DNA of 64,000 nucleotides from an uncultured Gammaproteobacteria bacterium (GTDB lineage Bacteria; Patescibacteriota; Microgenomatia; UBA1406; HO2-37-13b): NCBI GenBank assembly GCA_964422025.1, contig CAYQYZ010000005.1, positions 2,743 to 66,742 of the forward strand, read 5' to 3'. Shown piece by piece: positions 59,299 to 64,000 of this stretch (position 1 is its first letter; each line of letters starts with the position of its first letter). The notes under the pieces were generated by a model. It saw only the letters and a program-made list of their open reading frames with translations, ran no database searches and was not told where the DNA came from. The position numbers and the translations under genes were made by a program.

Positions 59299-62200
59299 TT
59301 ACGGCTGGCCCGTTGCCGGTGCGTATCGAACTGCAAAGTCGCCGTTCATGATGTTCTTTATTTGCGTCGTGGTTAGGGCGTAGTTATATATTCGAACATC
59401 GTCAATTTGTCCGACAAAATAATTATCATTACTTCCTATACGAGATTGGCCTATCTGTAGTGTTTCTGTACTTGATGCAAGAGTGGTTGCCGGCGAACTA
59501 TCAGCTGTCCCAACTTCTTTTCCATCAATATATAGCCGGGCAGTTGTTCCATTGTTAGTCCCTACATAGTGATGCCATCCTGCAGAAATAGTATTCGAAG
59601 GTGTTGATACAAGAGTAGTCCAACTGCCACCATCGGCAGATTGTAACCAATAGAGGGTATTACTACTTATTCCAAGCTCGTATTGCAAAAAGTCGCTTGA
59701 GGTAACTCGTTTACCAATGATGCCTGTTTGTGCGGGAAATCCGGCGCTCGTATAAATCCAAGCCGATAAGCTCATAACGGCATTTTCGAGATTACTGTTA
59801 TCGGCTACAGATACATAATCATCCGTTCCATCAAATTTTAAACTACTATTGAATTTACCAGTGACTCCGTTATACCATGCTTCGGAACTTGTACCGCTCG
59901 TACAATTTCCCGCACTCGTGTTTGTGCCACTTGCTCCAATAGTAATCGTTCCCGTATTTCCATTGCCAGATGCGTCGTTGGCAACGGTTCCCGCACATTC
60001 ATCAAGGCGCCAGTGTGCAATCGGTGCTCCACGATTGTAATCCCAGGCGATTTGTGCCGGTGTTCGTACATAATTAAATACACGCGCCTGATCTACATTT
60101 CCTGCAAAATATCTCCAAAATCCAGCGCCTACCGGTTCTGAACCAACAGTAAATTTTGCAACAACCGCATTGGGAGTACCACTTCCGGTAGAAGTTGTTT
60201 GGACACCATCTACATAGAATCGCGTAGTTGATGTGTCACGCGTCATTTCAACATGGTGCCAATTTGTATCGGTAAACGTGTAGCCTGTAGGAATCCAAAC
60301 TACTCCACCAAATAAGCCAATCAGACTACCACCATTTGATCCTCCACCAGCTGACGATATTCCAAAACCGTATCCTCCCGAATCGCTTCCGTTATAAACT
60401 GCAAATCCTTGTTGATTTAAGTTTGACGGCTTAATCCATGCTGATAACGACCAGTTTGAGACGTTTGATGTTGCCGATGAACCTATCCCAACATAATCAT
60501 CTGATCCATCTAGCTTTACACTCCCACCCAACTTTCCAGAACCCCATGAGGGTCCAAGAGTTAATGTCCCTGTATTTCCATTTCCAGATGAATCATTTGC
60601 TGAGATGCCGGTATTCTCATCAAATTTCCACTCCAACATCGGTGCCACGCAACTGGTACTATCCCCCGGAACACAGTATTCTTGGTTTGCCGCGTTAGGA
60701 GCATAGGTAGAATTGTTTGAAACAGAACCTAAAACTAAACTCTGCCCGCGATTATAGTCGATCTTAATTTCTGCGGGGGTGAGTGTCCCTCGATAGATTT
60801 TTACCTCGTCAATATCCCCAGTAAATTCATCACCGTTGTTGGTGCCATCGCGGTCACCCACGTAAAGTGAGAGTGAATTTGCAAAAGTTGCGCTTGTACT
60901 ATCGGTATCGCTATCACGACTTATTCCATCAACATATATAAATGTTTTCAGCGTCCCTGAATAATCGCGCATCGTACTAAAATGATGCCAGGTGGCGTCG
61001 TACACATCAGCAGTACTACAACTTGCAATGTCAGGGCCCCAGGTTGTGTCGTCGTCAATGCCAAAACAAAGGTTTCCCGAGGTATTGAAATATACCGCAT
61101 ATCCGGCGGTGGTAGCATTTGCTTTGTTTACGACGTACTCTGCGGCTCCCGGGTTACTGGCTGAATCAGACTTTACCCATCCACTTATTGCAAAATCCTC
61201 AACGGCGGTAAAATCAAAATCTGCATCATCTGCTCGACTCATATACAAAGCACCATCGCCATTCCATGCTTTCCCAAATTTTCCACTATTTGTCCATGCA
61301 GAAGTAGCTGATGAAAGAGTTAAGCTGTTTGAATTGATCGATGAATCATTCGCGGTTGTTCCCTGTCCTTCATCAAGCTTCCAATGTGCAACTTGGCTAC
61401 CAACCGGTGAACCAGCCAAAGGATGCCCGGCGTTCATGTCTTGGATTACTTGAGCCTGAGAGCGACCGTAATTATACATACGAACGTCATCTATGGTCCC
61501 GGGGAAAAAATGAGCACCGCCTCCTGAAGCGGGACTGTAACCAATATATACCGGTTTATTACTTACATATAAATCTTTTGTCGCTGCGGTTGTACTAACT
61601 AAAATACCATCTCGGTACACTTTCAAGTTAGACTTATCGTATGTGATCGCAATATGATACCATCGATTGGCGGACGTAGTTCCCGGGTCAACCTGAACTT
61701 CAGTTTGAGTTGAGTCACTATGAACAATGCGTATTCTCCAATTGGCTCCCGAATAATTTGATTCGATAAACCACCCATCATTTACTCCTGATTGCCATTT
61801 TGAAAATACTCCATTATCGCTACTTGCTGTTACAGAACTAAAATTCAACCACCCTTCAATAGTTAAACCGGCAGGAGTGTCGAGTGAATTGGAGTCGGAA
61901 ATAGTTACTAAGTCATCAACATTATCATATTTCATGCCGGTGCCAAATTTCCCATTTGCCCAAACAGGGCCATTTGTTAGTACTCCTGTATTCCCGTTCC
62001 CTGAGCTATCAAATGCACTTAAGCCCTGCTTTTCATCCATTTTCCAGTGTCCAACGGGCCCCGGGGCGTAATTATACAGCTGCTGTACTTCGGCCGGAGA
62101 AAGCGCACGGTTGTAAATTCTAAATTCATCGAGTTTTCCATAATAATAATTACCATATCCTCCTTGAGATCCAAGATAGGTGACACCTGATTGAGCTGCA

Positions 62201-64000
62201 ATAGAACTATTCACACCCGTTGGCGTTGTCGACCACGTAATGGGCTGACCATTAACATATCCAAAGGCTTCTCCATTTTTATATCGCACTGCAATATGAT
62301 ATGTTTGACCGGCAGCAAAAACAGCTGATGAGCGCCAATATTTAGAAACAGAATCTTGCATTACGTAAAAATCTAGTTGACTTGTGTAAATTGCCAAGCC
62401 ATAGCCATCGGTTCTGTCAGAATATCTATCGAGAATTACTTTATGACTCGATATATCGCCCGGAGTTACCCATGAGCTCACTGTCATTTCATTGGAGACT
62501 TGAGGAACCGACGAGCCGACGGTGATATGATCATTTACCCCATCAAAGCTTCCTCCAATACCCAATTTGACTGGGGCGGTAATAGTACCATTAACTGCGG
62601 TTCCATGGTTTCCATTACCACTCGAATCCACTACTTCGCTTGCTGTTCCATTCCACGTGGTTTCGTCCATTTTCCAATATCCCATAAGTCCGTTCATAAG
62701 CGGATCATTTGACTGGGCGCCCAAAACTGCTGCGCCGCCGTTACCGGTGGCGTCTGTCTTTATTTGCGCCGCGGAGCGTGCGTACGAGTAAAAATAAAAT
62801 TCATCTAAATTGCCTATCCAGGGATTTGACGCAAAATCGGAATCAATGCCCATATAAGCGCTTGTTGACGATGCTGTATTGAGTGTCGCTGTTGCGCTCA
62901 GTGAAGAATCGCTCCCCGCAAGAACACCATCGATATACATAGCTATAGAACTCGTGCTCGTTTTTACCGCAGAGAACGTGTGCCATTTTGAATCGGCATA
63001 GGAAACCGTTGAACAGGCCGAATCATCAGGTCCCCATGTTGAATCATCGTCGATACCAAAGCACAGATACCCCGATGAATTCATATATATTTTGTATCCC
63101 GCACTCCCGTAGCGGGCAAAGAGCGTATCAGTTCCTGAGATAGTATTACCATGCCGAAATGAGCCAGACACAGTAAATGAGCTCGTACTCGGATCAAAAT
63201 CAGCATCATACGCACGGTATGCATAATCGTTTGATCCATCAAATTTTAAGCTGGAAATTTTGGTTGCTGAATTTGAGACACCTGCATCAACCGCCCATGT
63301 AGGCGCAGATGAGCCAGTTCCCAGTGTCATATTGTTTGCAAGCAGCGAGCTGTCGTAGATGGTACTTCCCTGCGCTTCGTCTATATGATACGTAGAATAT
63401 GCCGACTCTCCTTTGGTGTCACCAAAGGCATCGACCTGTTGTGCTTGACTGTGTCCAACTAACCCTGCCTGATATAGGTCGGTTACTTGGGTGGAGGTGA
63501 GGGCAGTGTCAAATATGCGAAGATCAGACAGACCTTCTGTATCGACCCCTGTTCCACCACCGATATGAGTATTAAGAATTATTGCTGTGGCGGTTGGAGT
63601 TGCTGTATATGAACCTGGTGTTTGTGCTACACCATCGATATAAAATGCGAGGGTAGAACCATTCCATGTACCAACCCAATGGTGCCATTTACCTGTTCCG
63701 TACGTTGGCATTGTCCCCGACGCCGATCCTCCATTAGTCCCGTTGACCGAAAACCATGCAGTACCACAATTTTGCCCTAGAAAAAATGGATTTGCACCAT
63801 TGGTATACAAAATTCCCTGATGAGCGCCGCTACAGCTTGAATAATATGCGGGAAACCATACCCACGCACTAAATGTTCCACCACTCACAGAAATATTGCT
63901 TGATGACGCATATTGAAGATCTACGGCAGTCCGGGTGCTTGTACTATTATTCGCCTCTCCTGTCCAAGCATAACCGGTACCAAGCGAACCGTCGGTGTAT
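59299..64000 (-). CDS. Giant surface protein made of tandem LamG/concanavalin-like domains (N-terminus outside window)
   Basis: At least 8 repeats of the W(K/R)(L/M)DE...D.SGNGN.GT ... DD(V/F)R(I/M)YN.AL(S/T) unit. My translation of 63889-64000 in the same frame has no stop, so the ORF runs past the window edge. Confidence 0.8.
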   Translation of the reverse strand, partial: YTDGSLGTGYAWTGEANNSTSTRTAVDLQYASSSNISVSGGTFSAWVWFPAYYSSCSGAHQGILYTNGANPFFLGQNCGTAWFSVNGTNGGSASGTMPTYGTGKWHHWVGTWNGSTLAFYIDGVAQTPGSYTATPTATAIILNTHIGGGTGVDTEGLSDLRIFDTALTSTQVTDLYQAGLVGHSQAQQVDAFGDTKGESAYSTYHIDEAQGSTIYDSSLLANNMTLGTGSSAPTWAVDAGVSNSATKISSLKFDGSNDYAYRAYDADFDPSTSSFTVSGSFRHGNTISGTDTLFARYGSAGYKIYMNSSGYLCFGIDDDSTWGPDDSACSTVSYADSKWHTFSAVKTSTSSIAMYIDGVLAGSDSSLSATATLNTASSTSAYMGIDSDFASNPWIGNLDEFYFYSYARSAAQIKTDATGNGGAAVLGAQSNDPLMNGLMGYWKMDETTWNGTASEVVDSSGNGNHGTAVNGTITAPVKLGIGGSFDGVNDHITVGSSVPQVSNEMTVSSWVTPGDISSHKVILDRYSDRTDGYGLAIYTSQLDFYVMQDSVSKYWRSSAVFAAGQTYHIAVRYKNGEAFGYVNGQPITWSTTPTGVNSSIAAQSGVTYLGSQGGYGNYYYGKLDEFRIYNRALSPAEVQQLYNYAPGPVGHWKMDEKQGLSAFDSSGNGNTGVLTNGPVWANGKFGTGMKYDNVDDLVTISDSNSLDTPAGLTIEGWLNFSSVTASSDNGVFSKWQSGVNDGWFIESNYSGANWRIRIVHSDSTQTEVQVDPGTTSANRWYHIAITYDKSNLKVYRDGILVSTTAATKDLYVSNKPVYIGYSPASGGGAHFFPGTIDDVRMYNYGRSQAQVIQDMNAGHPLAGSPVGSQVAHWKLDEGQGTTANDSSINSNSLTLSSATSAWTNSGKFGKAWNGDGALYMSRADDADFDFTAVEDFAISGWVKSDSASNPGAAEYVVNKANATTAGYAVYFNTSGNLCFGIDDDTTWGPDIASCSTADVYDATWHHFSTMRDYSGTLKTFIYVDGISRDSDTDSTSATFANSLSLYVGDRDGTNNGDEFTGDIDEVKIYRGTLTPAEIKIDYNRGQSLVLGSVSNNSTYAPNAANQEYCVPGDSTSCVAPMLEWKFDENTGISANDSSGNGNTGTLTLGPSWGSGKLGGSVKLDGSDDYVGIGSSATSNVSNWSLSAWIKPSNLNQQGFAVYNGSDSGGYGFGISSAGGGSNGGSLIGLFGGVVWIPTGYTFTDTNWHHVEMTRDTSTTRFYVDGVQTTSTGSGTPNAVVAKFTVGSEPVGAGFWRYFAGNVDQARVFNYVRTPAQIAWDYNRGAPIAHWRLDECAGTVANDASGNGNTGTITIGASGTNTSAGNCTSGTSSEAWYNGVTGKFNSSLKFDGTDDYVSVADNSNLENAVMSLSAWIYTSAGFPAQTGIIGKRVTSSDFLQYELGISSNTLYWLQSADGGSWTTLVSTPSNTISAGWHHYVGTNNGTTARLYIDGKEVGTADSSPATTLASSTETLQIGQSRIGSNDNYFVGQIDDVRIYNYALTTTQIKNIMNGDFAVRYAPATGQP

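Noticed and set aside
1-64000. Alternative genetic code (UGA read as Gly or Trp, as in some CPR lineages)
   Set aside because: TGA terminates well-supported genes (for example, the ATGA overlaps at 2731 and 57342). Long ORFs are intact under code 11.

Overview
This 64-kb window appears to come from a small-genome bacterium with a Gram-positive-type envelope (sortase plus an LPXTG substrate). Its gene content resembles CPR/Patescibacteria (Microgenomates-like); that placement is inference only. I call about 45 protein genes, three canonical tRNAs (Leu-CAG, Ser-GCT, Arg-CCT), one atypical tRNA-Asp-like gene and one candidate small RNA. I saw no rRNA, CRISPR array, integrase or transposase, and the standard genetic code fits (TGA works as a stop, with several ATGA start/stop overlaps).

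Housekeeping genes (def, rpmB, rplJ-rplL, pth, mreB, tdh-kbl, a phospholipid head-group cluster, M50 protease, sortase) alternate with large accessory cell-surface loci:
- 4959-12326: a run of cohesin-like and dockerin-like proteins, including an LPKTG-anchored cohesin protein and an M4 protease carrying both modules.
- 20183-29686: a small cohesin-like gene followed by two paralogous giant Cys-rich, dockerin-terminated proteins (1569 and 1374 aa).
- 33628-43975: a 2075-aa SpvB/Rhs shell gene that lacks its own Rhs core and toxin. It is followed by three separately translated genes, each with a signal peptide, an Rhs core and a toxin, and none has an immunity gene.
- 59299-64000: a LamG-array giant protein that runs off the right edge of the window.

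Four secreted proteins share an unassigned Cys-delimited module of about 150-170 aa ending in YGW. Three families of short palindromic repeats are scattered through the window. Family-1 copies sit in frame inside coding sequences and supply the stop codon of one gene. At least 17 genes have a -10 hexamer 5-8 nt upstream of the ATG, which implies leaderless mRNAs. All functional calls rest on motifs read by eye and need HMM or structure confirmation.
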